The notes: generated by a model not told the origin, from the sequence alone. Positions 9,000-19,487 are shown, counted from the stretch's first letter. The stretch is DNA of 64,000 nucleotides from Patescibacteria group bacterium (GCA_040387635.1 JAZKDJ010000001.1:51851-115850), one strand, 5' to 3'. Made by a program: numbers and translations.

Positions 9000-10133
9000 C
9001 TAAGCCTCCTCCCCGCTCTCTGGCTTATCCAAAAGGGCTATTTCGACATCTGAACTAATGCCCGTAACCCTCGTAATATCCTTGTCTATTTTCTTATACT
9101 CCTTTGAGCTTGCGTTGAAGTGGTTAACCACAGTTCCAAGAGCATTTCCCATTTTGTCGTGGTACTCCTTGTAGCTCACAAGATGCTTCTGGAGCTCTCC
9201 TACGTTCTTAATGATCCCTTTTACCGATTCCTCGATTTGCATCGCTTTAAGGCCCTGTAGGACGGTCTGGAGATATGCTAGGAATGATGTAGGCGAAACA
9301 ATGATGACGTGATACTTGGAAGCAGCACGCTGAATGAGGTTTTCGGTTTCTTCTTTGAGAGCTCCAATCTTGTTGATGAGAAGATCATAGTAAATAGCTT
9401 CATGCGGAATGAACATGAATGCAAAATCCATAGTGTTTTCCTTGGGCTGGATATACTTAGATGTCTCAGTGATTCGATTCTTGAGGTCATTAACGAAAAC
9501 CTTCTCGAGCCGCTCCTTTTCGACTGGATCATTAGTCTCTACGATACGGTTGTAGTTTTCCAAAGAAAACTTTGAGTCCACAGGAATGATCCTATCCTTC
9601 ACATAGACAGCCGCGTCCACGATAGTACCGTCAGTAAAAGAATGCTGCATCTTGTAGCTTCCTGGAGGTAGTACGTTCTTGAGAAGCGTCTCAAGGTAGT
9701 ATTCACCAAGCACTCCTCTTTGCTTTGGATTCTTCAAAATATCCTGAAGGCTCTGAAGCTGGTCAGCGAATGAAACCACCTGCTTACCTGTTTCCTTCAC
9801 TTCCGAAAGCTCGGTAGTAATATCCTTGATGAGCTTCTGAGATTCAGTAAACTGCATTTTGACAGCGTCGCTCATATGGCGAGTTGTTTCTCCAATCTTC
9901 TGGTCCACAGTCCTGCTGAGATCTGAAACCTTCGTATCCACCGTCCTGCGAAGGTCAGTCGCTGTCGAATGCACGGTTCTGTTGAGCTCATTCATTTGGT
10001 CGAGAATGAGTTTGAGACCCATGTCGTCATTACCAACTTCCTTCTTCTTGTTGGCATTGCGAATCAGGGCAATGATGAGCCCTGCGTTAAGAATAAGGAG
10101 TACTGCGGCTAGGATTATGAGGTAAGTAGACAT
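9000..10133 (-). CDS. rmuC: DNA recombination protein RmuC
   Basis: N-terminal TM, a long coiled coil, and a RmuC nuclease-like C-terminus (MDFAFMFIPHEAIYYDLL). Confidence 0.85.
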   Translation of the reverse strand: MSTYLIILAAVLLILNAGLIIALIRNANKKKEVGNDDMGLKLILDQMNELNRTVHSTATDLRRTVDTKVSDLSRTVDQKIGETTRHMSDAVKMQFTESQKLIKDITTELSEVKETGKQVVSFADQLQSLQDILKNPKQRGVLGEYYLETLLKNVLPPGSYKMQHSFTDGTIVDAAVYVKDRIIPVDSKFSLENYNRIVETNDPVEKERLEKVFVNDLKNRITETSKYIQPKENTMDFAFMFIPHEAIYYDLLINKIGALKEETENLIQRAASKYHVIIVSPTSFLAYLQTVLQGLKAMQIEESVKGIIKNVGELQKHLVSYKEYHDKMGNALGTVVNHFNASSKEYKKIDKDITRVTGISSDVEIALLDKPESGEEA

Positions 10134-10198
10134 GAATTTGTTGTATACTACAGTATACCTAAGGTTTTTATAAAAAACTATTTAACTTTTCTTAAACA

Positions 10199-10651
10199 AT
10201 GATTCAAGAAACCATAAAGAACCAGATCAAGGATGCAATGCGGGCAAAAGACGCCCTGAAGCTTGAAGTGCTCCGTGGACTCACCACCCTTTTCACTAAC
10301 GAACTCATATCAAAAGGCGGAACCACCCTTTCTGACGAGGACGCTATAGCTCTGATCCGAAGAAGTGTTAAGCAAAGGAAAGATTCTATCGATCAGTTCA
10401 CCAAAGGAGGACGCGCCGACTTAGCAGAGAAAGAGCAGCAGGAACTTGCAATACTTGAGCAGTATTTGCCACAAATGATGAGTCGTGATGAGATCAAAGC
10501 TATCGCAGCCCCGAAGATTCAGGAACTTAAGGCGGCAGGTGCTATAGACAAAGGAGCAGCCGGCAAGATCATGGGTTCTCTCATGAAAGATCTCAAAGGA
10601 AAAGCTGACGGTGCAGATGTGAAGGCCGTCGTTGAAGAATTGATTGCGTAA
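10199..10651 (+). CDS. GatB/YqeY domain protein
   Basis: IKDAMRAKDALKLEVLRGL...DSIDQFTKGGRADLAEKEQQELAILEQYLP is the YqeY pattern. Confidence 0.85.
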   Translation: MIQETIKNQIKDAMRAKDALKLEVLRGLTTLFTNELISKGGTTLSDEDAIALIRRSVKQRKDSIDQFTKGGRADLAEKEQQELAILEQYLPQMMSRDEIKAIAAPKIQELKAAGAIDKGAAGKIMGSLMKDLKGKADGADVKAVVEELIA

Positions 10652-10668
10652 CTAGATCGCAGTAAAAC

Positions 10669-12048
10669 TTAAGCTACAGGAAGCTTCATGTAGAATGTTG
10701 AGCCTTTTCCCTGTCCTTCAGATTCTGCCCAAACAGTTCCCTTGTGTGTTTCAACCACTCCCTTTACGAATGCCAAACCGTATCCAGTACTGTTCACGTT
10801 GATCTTGATAGAATTTCGTCCCACACCTCCAGTCTTGAAGAGTTTCGTTTTGTCTTCATCACTTAAACCTACGCCAGTATCCTTCACTGAGAGAAGTACA
10901 GTGTCATTCTCACGTTCGAGTCGTATTGCAATACTTCCTGACAGTGTATAGTTGATTGAGTTATCAAAAAGATTTCGTACTACTTCCTTGAGCTGGTTTT
11001 GGTCGCCTTGTATCGTGTAATCGCCATCCTTGATCTCAATCGAGAACGCCAAGCCCTTCTTGTCTGCAAGGCTTTTCTCTTTAGCTGCTACTTCAGACAC
11101 AATGCTTCGGAAATCCAAAGGCTGCATATCATAGGTAAGTACGCCCTTCTCAGCACTAACTCCTCGTAGGATGCTCTGAACATATGAGATTCCAGTATTC
11201 GCTTCATCAAGTCCCTTTTCTACAAGAGGCTGTGCTGCGTCGGGTATTTTTCCATAATCCTCAGTCGCCAACTCAGCGAAAATGTTTTTCATATTTCCGA
11301 GGCGGCCTTTGATCTGGTGGTTCATGATGTGAATAAGGTTTGCTTGACCTTCGTTTGAAACAGCGAGCTTCTGATTGGAAACCTGCAGCTGTTCATACAC
11401 AAGCGCCTTATCAAGCGACACAGCAATCACGTTAATGAAACTCTTGATCGATTCTTTCTCGAATTCACTTAGCTCTGCATACGGACGATTAAGGCTAAGT
11501 AAGAAAACACCAATAATTTCATTACCACTTACAAGCGGATACACGATAGAAGAATACACATGTCCTTCTGTCTTTATTTTATTCAAAAAATCAGCTGGAG
11601 CATCAGGATTCCAAATGTCTTTGAGATCTTCGGTATACCCCATTGATTCTTCCCGCATTATTTTCTGGAAGAATTTTATTTTCGATACATTAGAGATTAC
11701 AGCCGTCTCAAAAAAGTGACCCTTGTTTGCATGCGCAGCATGTAACCGCTCAGACTCAGCAAAAGCCAGAGGCGCAAGCTCATCAACAGTCTTGTCATAG
11801 AGCATGATACCCACGATTTCAAAACTCAGAACCGTCTGTACGGTCTGACAAATCCTCGAAGCCATATCTACAGGCTTGAGTGTAAGAATGCTGATCTCAT
11901 AGAGCTGGCTTAACAAAGAAAGCGTCTTGTTCCGTGAAGCAAGATCGGTGTTCTGCTTATATAATCGCTGGGTTATCTCCTTAAGCGAATCAGATGCCGG
12001 CGCCTCTTGTACGGTGCCGGTTTTTTGTTGTTTGCGGGAAAAAAACAT
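10669..12048 (-). CDS. Cytoplasmic GAF-type sensor histidine kinase (no response regulator in window)
   Basis: H-box HIMNHQIKGRLGNM and HATPase_c boxes RNLFDNSINYT, VKDTGVGLSDED and GYGLAFVKG, with a GAF-like N-terminal half. Confidence 0.8.
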   Translation of the reverse strand: MFFSRKQQKTGTVQEAPASDSLKEITQRLYKQNTDLASRNKTLSLLSQLYEISILTLKPVDMASRICQTVQTVLSFEIVGIMLYDKTVDELAPLAFAESERLHAAHANKGHFFETAVISNVSKIKFFQKIMREESMGYTEDLKDIWNPDAPADFLNKIKTEGHVYSSIVYPLVSGNEIIGVFLLSLNRPYAELSEFEKESIKSFINVIAVSLDKALVYEQLQVSNQKLAVSNEGQANLIHIMNHQIKGRLGNMKNIFAELATEDYGKIPDAAQPLVEKGLDEANTGISYVQSILRGVSAEKGVLTYDMQPLDFRSIVSEVAAKEKSLADKKGLAFSIEIKDGDYTIQGDQNQLKEVVRNLFDNSINYTLSGSIAIRLERENDTVLLSVKDTGVGLSDEDKTKLFKTGGVGRNSIKINVNSTGYGLAFVKGVVETHKGTVWAESEGQGKGSTFYMKLPVA

Positions 12049-12064
12049 TAGTTATGTGTAGTCC

Positions 12065-12349
12065 TTATCTCAAGCTTGCTGGAACTTCGGCAGGTGCCAA
12101 GTCAGCCAAGAGAGATCTTACTGCGTCTTTGCACACTTCGTGAGAAGCTCGTCCGAAGAGCTGTTCATACTGTCCTACCAATCGGTCTACGACTCCTCTA
12201 CTATCAGCATCATCAATAGTTACTGTACCCATCTTCTGATCGACAATATGAAGTCCACTCACCTTGCCGGCTTCGCTCCATGCCATAGGGCCAATGATGA
12301 GCTCCTGCTCTTTTATTATCTTTGTGGCGATTTGATCAAGTTTATTCAT
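12065..12349 (-). CDS. Hypothetical small protein (94 aa) co-oriented with the kinase
   Basis: A clean ORF tightly spaced between the membrane protein and the kinase. I recognise no motif. Confidence 0.4.
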   Translation of the reverse strand: MNKLDQIATKIIKEQELIIGPMAWSEAGKVSGLHIVDQKMGTVTIDDADSRGVVDRLVGQYEQLFGRASHEVCKDAVRSLLADLAPAEVPASLR

Positions 12350-12373
12350 AGTATTTGTAAGAATTTGAATTCT

Positions 12374-13204
12374 TTACCTTGTCGCGGCTTGGCTGGTAGG
12401 GACCTTTAGTTTATGGAAGCCGAGAATACCGTAGGTAATGAGGAAAAGTCCGGTCGTAAGGAGAAGGTCTCCCCAGTTACCATTATAATACGTTCCAGCA
12501 GTGGTTGTGTATGAGAACACAGTATCGGCGACATACATCACTCCAAGACCACAAAGAAGTGATATGACATCGAATTTGAATGCTCCTCCAACGTATTTGA
12601 ATGATAGTCCTGACACGATCACTCCGATCATAAGGGCAATAAGGTCACCTAATGGATAGATGATATCGAGAAGTGCCTTGAGAAGCGGCTCCCCTTCAGG
12701 AACAAGCACACCACCTCGAGCTACTACAATAAGTAGGTAGTACGAGAGGATAAGAACAAGGATAGGAGCGACTATAACGAAAACCTTAGCCATCTTGCTT
12801 CGTAGTCCGAACTTAGCACCAGTAGCTTTTGATAGGTACATAGCACCAAGACCATAGAAGAAGATGCTTGGAGCAAATCCGATGTCCGCGAGTGATGGAT
12901 ATGGTGCAGGAACGTTAAGGAAGAAGTTGTAGTATGACCAAATGATCTCTCCGCAGCCCCAAAGGAAGATTCCGAGACCTACGAAAAATGTAGCTTTTCC
13001 AACTGCACTGCTGAGTCCTCCCCAATCTCGTCGGGAATTGATCATGGCAGCTATTCCACCAAAGAATGGAATGAGACCAAAAAGAAATGAATAAAGATAA
13101 TTTGAGAAACCGTCCGTGCTACCGCTTGTGTAGAGTACTATCCAAAAAATTACGAGCGCTATATAAAATAGTAGGCAAACCTTCTGATAAATATTCGTCT
13201 TCAT
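12374..13204 (-). CDS. Polytopic membrane protein (about 8 TM), possible membrane sensor module
   Basis: Repeated hydrophobic segments with Gly/Phe/Tyr-rich helices. It sits upstream in the same operon-like run as the kinase. Confidence 0.5.
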   Translation of the reverse strand: MKTNIYQKVCLLFYIALVIFWIVLYTSGSTDGFSNYLYSFLFGLIPFFGGIAAMINSRRDWGGLSSAVGKATFFVGLGIFLWGCGEIIWSYYNFFLNVPAPYPSLADIGFAPSIFFYGLGAMYLSKATGAKFGLRSKMAKVFVIVAPILVLILSYYLLIVVARGGVLVPEGEPLLKALLDIIYPLGDLIALMIGVIVSGLSFKYVGGAFKFDVISLLCGLGVMYVADTVFSYTTTAGTYYNGNWGDLLLTTGLFLITYGILGFHKLKVPTSQAATR

Positions 13205-13256
13205 ACCCTAAGTCTACGGCTTATGACCTCTAATAGTCAAATAACATATACACCTT

Positions 13257-14393
13257 TTAGATAAAATACACTGGAGGTTTTGGGAATCCGTTGAACCTAC
13301 TTGTTACCACGAGACTATAAGCTCCCACATTATGAATGACGAGACGATCACCCACATCAATATCTTTAGGAAGAAGCGCTTCACGAGTAATAACATCGGG
13401 TCCGTCTCCTGTTGGTCCTGCAAGTGCGAACATTGCCTCACCAGAATTGTAGTTAACTCTCATGCACGTAATTGGATAACGTGTTGAACCTTGATATGCC
13501 ATCGCTTCGAAGAGTGCATTATAGACGCCAGCATCAAGGAAAAGCCATGTGTTCCTTGGTCGCTCAACTTTGGCAACAATATTCGTAACTAGTATTCCCG
13601 CTTCTGCGATCATAGCCCTACCTGGTTCGAGAAAAAGCTTAGGCTTATGAGAAAGCTTGTTATACTGCTCCATAGTATATTCAGCAATATCTTTGAGATT
13701 AGGCGCTTGCTCGCTAGATACATATCGGCACGGATACCCTCCTCCCAAGTTGAGTATTTCAATCTTTATCCCAGTTTTTACAAGCTCGTCTATCACAGGA
13801 GCAATCGATTCAATAGCCTGTGCCCATGCTCGTGGATTGCTTGCCTGAGATCCTACGTTGAAGCTAATACCGTAAGGCACAAGTCCTAACTCCTTGGCTT
13901 TTTTCAAGAGAGGCACAACATTCTCTTTATCAGTTCCGAATTTTTCTGACATCTTGAACACGCTTCCTGTATCGTTCACTATGATTCGAATATATATTTT
14001 TGATCCTGGAGCTGCTGCAGCGATTTTCTCGAGTTCAGAAAACGAGTCTGCTGCGTACTTATCAACGCCGTAGTTGAAAAATTCTTTGATATGAGACGTT
14101 GGCTTTACGGAAGTTCCATAAACAATCCTGCTTGGAGGAACTTTTGCCTCTTTGAGATAATCAAGTTCGAATTTTGAAGCAGCTTCGAAGCCGCAACCTG
14201 CCTTCTCGAGTGTTCTTAGAACCTCAGGCTCAGAGTTGGCCTTGAGTGCGTAGAAAATAGAAGCGCCTGGGAAACAGTCCTTGAACTCTTTGTACTTTGA
14301 AACAATCCTTTTTCGACTAAACAAGAAAAACGGAGCTTCGTAAGTGATGCTTTCGAGAAACGACGGTGCGAAATCATTATCAAGTTCCGGCAT
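13257..14393 (-). CDS. Type III PLP-dependent decarboxylase (ornithine/lysine/DAP decarboxylase family)
   Basis: PLP-Lys motif FYALKANSEP, LNLGGGYP, and a C-terminal beta-domain AGPTGDGPDV (the Cys of the canonical CES is replaced). Confidence 0.8.
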   Translation of the reverse strand: MPELDNDFAPSFLESITYEAPFFLFSRKRIVSKYKEFKDCFPGASIFYALKANSEPEVLRTLEKAGCGFEAASKFELDYLKEAKVPPSRIVYGTSVKPTSHIKEFFNYGVDKYAADSFSELEKIAAAAPGSKIYIRIIVNDTGSVFKMSEKFGTDKENVVPLLKKAKELGLVPYGISFNVGSQASNPRAWAQAIESIAPVIDELVKTGIKIEILNLGGGYPCRYVSSEQAPNLKDIAEYTMEQYNKLSHKPKLFLEPGRAMIAEAGILVTNIVAKVERPRNTWLFLDAGVYNALFEAMAYQGSTRYPITCMRVNYNSGEAMFALAGPTGDGPDVITREALLPKDIDVGDRLVIHNVGAYSLVVTSRFNGFPKPPVYFI

Positions 14394-14411
14394 GTGAGAT
14401 ATTGAGAAGGA

Positions 14412-15314
14412 TTATATCAAAAAGAGGAAAACTATACCAAGGATAACTACGATGCTTCCAATGGTCTGAGCTCGAGTAATCTTTTCTTTGAGGAAAATTC
14501 TCGCCAAAACTATGACCGGCAAGGAGAATGCGCCGCTCAACACCGCGATAATGCTGGTATATGTTGTCGAACTGTAGCCAAGGCTGATCGCAAGGTATGC
14601 AATCACTTCACAGAAGCCGATAAGGAAAAGATAAATCCAAATAGCCTTCCCTGGGTTTGTTAGAGCAAGCTTGATCTTCATAAGCTTGGCATACGCAATG
14701 ATCGCCACAGTCATAATGGCGTACATACAAAGCGTATATGAGAGCCAGTCTTTGCCTCCAACTACCTTGTCCCACAACAGCGTCCAGATAGCCGCCAAGA
14801 ATGTCGCAATGATTACTTCCTTGAATCCAGGAACATGCGCAAAGCTAATCTGACGAGCTCTGAGTGCTTTTAGATCAACGCTTAGGAGGATGACACCGAT
14901 AAAGATAATGATGAGGCCTACAATCATGAACAAGTTTACAGGCTCTTTGAAGATGAGAATGGATAGAATTGCAGTTATACCCGTAAACGAAGCGAATATT
15001 GGGTTAAGTACTCCCACCTGCCCCTTCCCGAATCCTTTGTACACAAAAAGATACACTGCCGCCTGGCCAATGCCGAAGATAATAACAAGCAACCAAGGAT
15101 TCATTCCCTGTGGCCATGTGAATGCGACATCTTGCGCGAACACTCTGTACAAAACCATGAGTATCAACGCGAGCGTTCCAAAGATATGTCCCCACGCGAG
15201 ACTAACTGTGTCGCCTATTCGATCAATGGTCTTCTTGGCAAAAAAGTCTGACAATCCCCATCCAAGCATTCCTCCCAAACCTGCGCCTACTGCGATTAAA
15301 AATTCCTGTGGCAT
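14412..15314 (-). CDS. EamA/DMT-family transporter
   Basis: About 10 TM, 300 aa, with a duplicated EamA-like architecture. Confidence 0.65.
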   Translation of the reverse strand: MPQEFLIAVGAGLGGMLGWGLSDFFAKKTIDRIGDTVSLAWGHIFGTLALILMVLYRVFAQDVAFTWPQGMNPWLLVIIFGIGQAAVYLFVYKGFGKGQVGVLNPIFASFTGITAILSILIFKEPVNLFMIVGLIIIFIGVILLSVDLKALRARQISFAHVPGFKEVIIATFLAAIWTLLWDKVVGGKDWLSYTLCMYAIMTVAIIAYAKLMKIKLALTNPGKAIWIYLFLIGFCEVIAYLAISLGYSSTTYTSIIAVLSGAFSLPVIVLARIFLKEKITRAQTIGSIVVILGIVFLFLI

Positions 15315-15350
15315 ATTAAATATTTACCAAATCATTATATCATGACCCGA

Positions 15351-15761
15351 CTACTTCTTTTTCCTCTTGTAAAGATGCTTTGATTCCTTAGTAATCGCCA
15401 AGATTCCAAGTACAACAATGAATGATGAACTCACTTCTGGCGGCATATGGTAATCCATGTGGAACACCAAGTCACAGACAATCAGGCCAACCACCAAAAG
15501 CGTCCAGAGAATGATGTAAATCTCGCCTGGATGCATAACATTATGCTTGTTTTTCCACCTCTTAAACTCCTTCTCTGCACTATAGATAGCAAGTGAAGCA
15601 GCATAAATGGCAGCAACTCCAAGAATAACTCCATTGTGATGGAGGGAGTTGTGGCTCAAAAAGTCATAGATAATAACTGCGAAGAAAACAGCCGTCCAAA
15701 AGTTTGTAAGTCTCCTCCAAAACGAAATCGAGTACGAGGTGATTTGAAAGCGATGGAGCAT
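15351..15761 (-). CDS. Hypothetical membrane protein (4 TM)
   Basis: Hydrophobic profile and a basic C-terminus KHLYKRKKK. Confidence 0.4.
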   Translation of the reverse strand: MLHRFQITSYSISFWRRLTNFWTAVFFAVIIYDFLSHNSLHHNGVILGVAAIYAASLAIYSAEKEFKRWKNKHNVMHPGEIYIILWTLLVVGLIVCDLVFHMDYHMPPEVSSSFIVVLGILAITKESKHLYKRKKK

Positions 15762-15769
15762 TTATATGA

Positions 15770-18070
15770 TTATACCTTAGGCCACTTCTCAACCATAAGA
15801 AGTTTTCCTCCTTTCTCCTCCGATCCTACGCCTGGCATTGCGCTCCAGATTTCTTCAGTAACAAACGGCATGAATGGATGCAGCGCTTTTATTACAGTCG
15901 TTAGAATGTGGTAAATAGTCCACTGAGCTGAGAGCTTGGATACTGGATCAATCTCTACTGGAGTCTCTGAAGGCTTCCCTCCTCCAATTCTACCCTTAGT
16001 CTCTTCGATGATCTTGTCTGCAAATGTATGCCAGAAATAATGATAGAGCTTCTCACCTGCTAGATAGAAGTGGAAATTTTCCATCTCTTTAGTTACATCA
16101 GCTATTACTTCATCGAGTTCCTTTACATATGCCTCATCCGTAGCTGTAAGCGCAGGCTTTGTCGTCAGGTTCGCACCTTCAACACTTGTCAGTACGAATC
16201 TCGTTGCATTCCATATCTTATTGGCAAAATTCTTGTAGCCTCGAATCTTGTCTTCTGACATCTTGAGATCGTTGCCTGGACCTGTTCCGATAATGAGAGA
16301 AAGTCGTACAGCATCGGTTCCGTATTTTTCGCTAACAGTAAGAGGATCAATGATGTTTCCTAGAGATTTAGACATCTTCCTTCCCTGCGCATCTCGAACA
16401 AGGCCGTGCAGATACACAGTCTTGAATGGCACTTCGCCAAGAAAATATGTGCTCATAAGGACCATACGGGCAACCCAGAAGAAAATAATATCGTATCCCG
16501 TCTCGAGGACGCTCGTTGGATGGTACATCCTATGTTTTGCAAACTCCTCCTTATCTGGCCAACCCAATGTTGAGAACGTCCAAAGGCCTGATGAGAACCA
16601 AGTATCGAGCGTATCTTCATCCTGTACCCAATCACTTCCAGCAGGCGCTTTAAAACCACAGTATGTTTCAGTCTCATTACCTTCAGCATCCTTCTTGTAC
16701 CAAACGGGAATTCTATGTCCGTACCAAATCTGACGGCTAATGCACCAGTCACGAAGATTATTAATCCAGCTAAAATACACCTTCTCAAATCGATCTGGAA
16801 GAATATGAGTCTGTCCTCCCTCCACCGCAGCAATCATAAGTTCCTTGAGGGAAACCTCGCTTCCTGAAGCAACTCCATTGATCTTTGATTCCTTGAGAAT
16901 GAATTTCTTGTTCACATCGATGAACCACTGATTCATAATCTGCGGCTCAATAACTCCCCCTGTTCGTTCAGCGGTTGAAATATTGTGAACATAATCTGCT
17001 TCGCCCTCTGCATCTACACCAAGCTTTACTAATTCTTCTTTGGATGCGATAAGGCCTTTCTCTCGGAGCTTGTCTACGATCTTTGATCGAGCATCAGTGA
17101 TCTTCTGACCTGCGAATTCACCTGCAATAGGCAGAAGCTTTCCTACTTTGTCGATAATCTGCTCGCTGTCGAGCTTGTGACGCTGTGCAATATCGAAGTC
17201 CACAACACTGTGTGCAGGAGTAATAGTCATCACACCTGTTCCGAATGCCATGTCAATAGATTCGTCCTTGATAACCGTTGCTGATATTGGTCCATTGATC
17301 CATTCGAGTTCAATCTTCTGGCCATGCGTGTAATCAGCATACCGTTTGTCATCTGGATGCATCACCACATACTTATCTCCGAATTTTGTTTCAGGACGTG
17401 CAGTACCAATAATAAAAGGGCCGTATTTGAAATAGTAGAATTTTCCCTTCTCTTCTACATACACAATCTCATCATCAGAAATAGTTGTCTGACCTTTTGG
17501 ATCCCAGTTAATGATTCTGTTGCCGCGATAAATGATTCCGTCCTCATACATCTGCTTGAAAGCTGTATTCACTGCCTTCTCGCGCTTTGCATCGAGAGTA
17601 AAAGCTTCGCGTGACCAATCTACTGAAGCTCCCATCTTTCTCACCTGGTTAACAATAGTGTCGTGGCTCTCAGCAGCAAATGCGTTAACTCGCTTGAGAA
17701 GTTCTTCTCGTCCAAGATCATGACGGCGCTTCTTTTCTTCTTTGTAGATAATTCCTTCAACTTTCGACTGCGTAGCAATAGCAGCATGGTCAGTACCAGG
17801 AACCCAAAGAGTTCGTTTACCTCGCATTCTCTCGAATCTCACCATGATGTCTTCGATCACGAGCATAGAAGCGTGTCCGATGTGAAGCGTTCCCGTAACG
17901 TTAGGAGGAGGTAGAACTATAGAGAAAGGTTCAGCATCAGGCTGTGTGTATCCTTGAGCAATGCATTCGTCTGGGTTAAAAAGGCCGCTCTCTTCCCATT
18001 TTTTGTAGATAGCCCCCTCGGTTTCCTGAGGATTATAAGGCTTTAGAAACTTGTCGTTCATGTGTGACAT
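15770..18070 (-). CDS. valS: Valine--tRNA ligase (short form, 766 aa)
   Basis: PPPNVTGTLHIGHA and KMSKSLGN, with a CP1 editing domain present. There is no long C-terminal coiled coil. Confidence 0.95.
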   Translation of the reverse strand: MSHMNDKFLKPYNPQETEGAIYKKWEESGLFNPDECIAQGYTQPDAEPFSIVLPPPNVTGTLHIGHASMLVIEDIMVRFERMRGKRTLWVPGTDHAAIATQSKVEGIIYKEEKKRRHDLGREELLKRVNAFAAESHDTIVNQVRKMGASVDWSREAFTLDAKREKAVNTAFKQMYEDGIIYRGNRIINWDPKGQTTISDDEIVYVEEKGKFYYFKYGPFIIGTARPETKFGDKYVVMHPDDKRYADYTHGQKIELEWINGPISATVIKDESIDMAFGTGVMTITPAHSVVDFDIAQRHKLDSEQIIDKVGKLLPIAGEFAGQKITDARSKIVDKLREKGLIASKEELVKLGVDAEGEADYVHNISTAERTGGVIEPQIMNQWFIDVNKKFILKESKINGVASGSEVSLKELMIAAVEGGQTHILPDRFEKVYFSWINNLRDWCISRQIWYGHRIPVWYKKDAEGNETETYCGFKAPAGSDWVQDEDTLDTWFSSGLWTFSTLGWPDKEEFAKHRMYHPTSVLETGYDIIFFWVARMVLMSTYFLGEVPFKTVYLHGLVRDAQGRKMSKSLGNIIDPLTVSEKYGTDAVRLSLIIGTGPGNDLKMSEDKIRGYKNFANKIWNATRFVLTSVEGANLTTKPALTATDEAYVKELDEVIADVTKEMENFHFYLAGEKLYHYFWHTFADKIIEETKGRIGGGKPSETPVEIDPVSKLSAQWTIYHILTTVIKALHPFMPFVTEEIWSAMPGVGSEEKGGKLLMVEKWPKV

Positions 18071-18199
18071 ATTAGCAGAAAACTAGCATACGAGAAAGGA
18101 ATTTGAAATTAACCTGTACAGAAATCATTTTTTATGTTATTAATACCTCCAGATTGAAAACCGCTTCCGCTTACAGCTGAAGCAAACTAAGGAGGATTG

Positions 18200-18781
18200 A
18201 TGGCAGCATTTCCGCCCACTCCCAGGGCAAAAACGGTGGTGGCGCCGCAAAGCTACGACTACATCACGAGCGATACGGGAGCAGGGTCAAAAGCCCGACT
18301 CGAAGTGGCCGAGCAACTCATCACACATCTTGCCCGCGCCAAGCCGCTTGTCTTGTTCCCGCAAGGCTTCGACAAGGATCATATCTACTATCCTTGCCGC
18401 AAGGGAGACATAAGCTTGGGACAAAACCTCGCTGACTATCTCAAGGCACAACCAGGAATGGATGTTGCCGAAATCATCCACGAACCTCGAAGCTGGACCA
18501 CACGGTGGGACATCATAGCCACATACGACATGGTGGCAAAGCAGGGTTACGACATCGCCCACATCCACTTTGTTTCCGACAAGTGCCACATCTGGCGAGT
18601 GAAGATCGTGTGGTGGTTAACCCACCCCAAGGACTGGACGGCGAGTTTCCACTTCACCGACCAATTCCAGATGACTCCATTCGAACGATTTGTACGTGAA
18701 CCAATAGCGTGCGTGGTCTACGCGATCAAGCTGTTGTCCTGGCGGATATTTCACGGACGTCATGTGCCCAGTCACAGTTAA
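18200..18781 (+). CDS. DUF218/YdcF-like protein (GC-rich cassette)
   Basis: The strong SD AAGGAGG lies 5 nt before the ATG at 18200 (the track starts at the TTG at 18197). The YdcF-like pattern is LVLFPQG ... EPRSWTTRWD ... IHFVSDKCHIWRVK (compare VTSxyHmxRA). Confidence 0.45.
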   Translation: MAAFPPTPRAKTVVAPQSYDYITSDTGAGSKARLEVAEQLITHLARAKPLVLFPQGFDKDHIYYPCRKGDISLGQNLADYLKAQPGMDVAEIIHEPRSWTTRWDIIATYDMVAKQGYDIAHIHFVSDKCHIWRVKIVWWLTHPKDWTASFHFTDQFQMTPFERFVREPIACVVYAIKLLSWRIFHGRHVPSHS

Positions 18782-18837
18782 CTAAGGCTCTGACGATCAG
18801 AAAGAGACCTTATATGTACCTCATCAACAACGAAAAA

Positions 18838-18867
18838 ACCGCGCCAGCATGTCTGTGTGCGGTTTTT
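18838..18867. terminator. Bidirectional terminator
   Basis: AAAAAACCGCGCCAG-catgt-CTGTGTGCGGTTTTT: a stem of about 10 bp including one G-U pair. Confidence 0.65.
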
Positions 18868-18887
18868 GTTTTGAATTTTTATACAAC

Positions 18888-19487
18888 CTACTGAATCGTA
18901 AACTCCGCATCACTCCAATCGTCTGCAGTAATTCCATTATTTGCTTTTTCTTCAGCTGTACAAGAACCTCCATAGCAAGGCTGCCCCCTGTGTGCCACGA
19001 TGTGAATCTTGTACTTCCCTGGCTTTATCGGTGTCTGAACATCGCCAGCCATAATGTTTCCAACATAAACAGGAATCACTCCCTCCTTACCTGTAACTGT
19101 GAACGTTTTGAGAACTCCTGATGTTGGGCCAGAGAGATAAACAACTAGGTTTGCAGATTCATCTGTAGTCCTCGCCCATCGAACCTCTTGGTCGCTTCGA
19201 AACTTCCAAATTTCACCTCCGTTTGGAGATACGACAGTAAGAGGTGAAGAAGAAACTGGTTTTGACTTAACAACTACTGAAGTTTTCGTTGTGACCGATG
19301 TTGATGTAGGAGCTACTACTGGAACCGACTTGTCCGGAGACACAACAACACCTGTGGTCGTTGTAGACTGCGCAATTGGAGCTTCATATGGAAGGTCATT
19401 CGCTGGTGACTTTACAAGCGCCGCCACTCCTCCTGCTACTGCGATAACGGCAATAACAAGATATATTATTAACAGTTTTTTGTTCAT
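18888..19487 (-). CDS. Membrane-anchored Ser/Thr-rich surface protein with a Kre9/KNH-like C-terminal domain
   Basis: N-terminal TM, an S/T/V-rich linker, and VSPNGGEIWKFRSDQEVRW ... GKYKIHIV ... WSDAEFTI. Confidence 0.4.
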   Translation of the reverse strand: MNKKLLIIYLVIAVIAVAGGVAALVKSPANDLPYEAPIAQSTTTTGVVVSPDKSVPVVAPTSTSVTTKTSVVVKSKPVSSSPLTVVSPNGGEIWKFRSDQEVRWARTTDESANLVVYLSGPTSGVLKTFTVTGKEGVIPVYVGNIMAGDVQTPIKPGKYKIHIVAHRGQPCYGGSCTAEEKANNGITADDWSDAEFTIQ

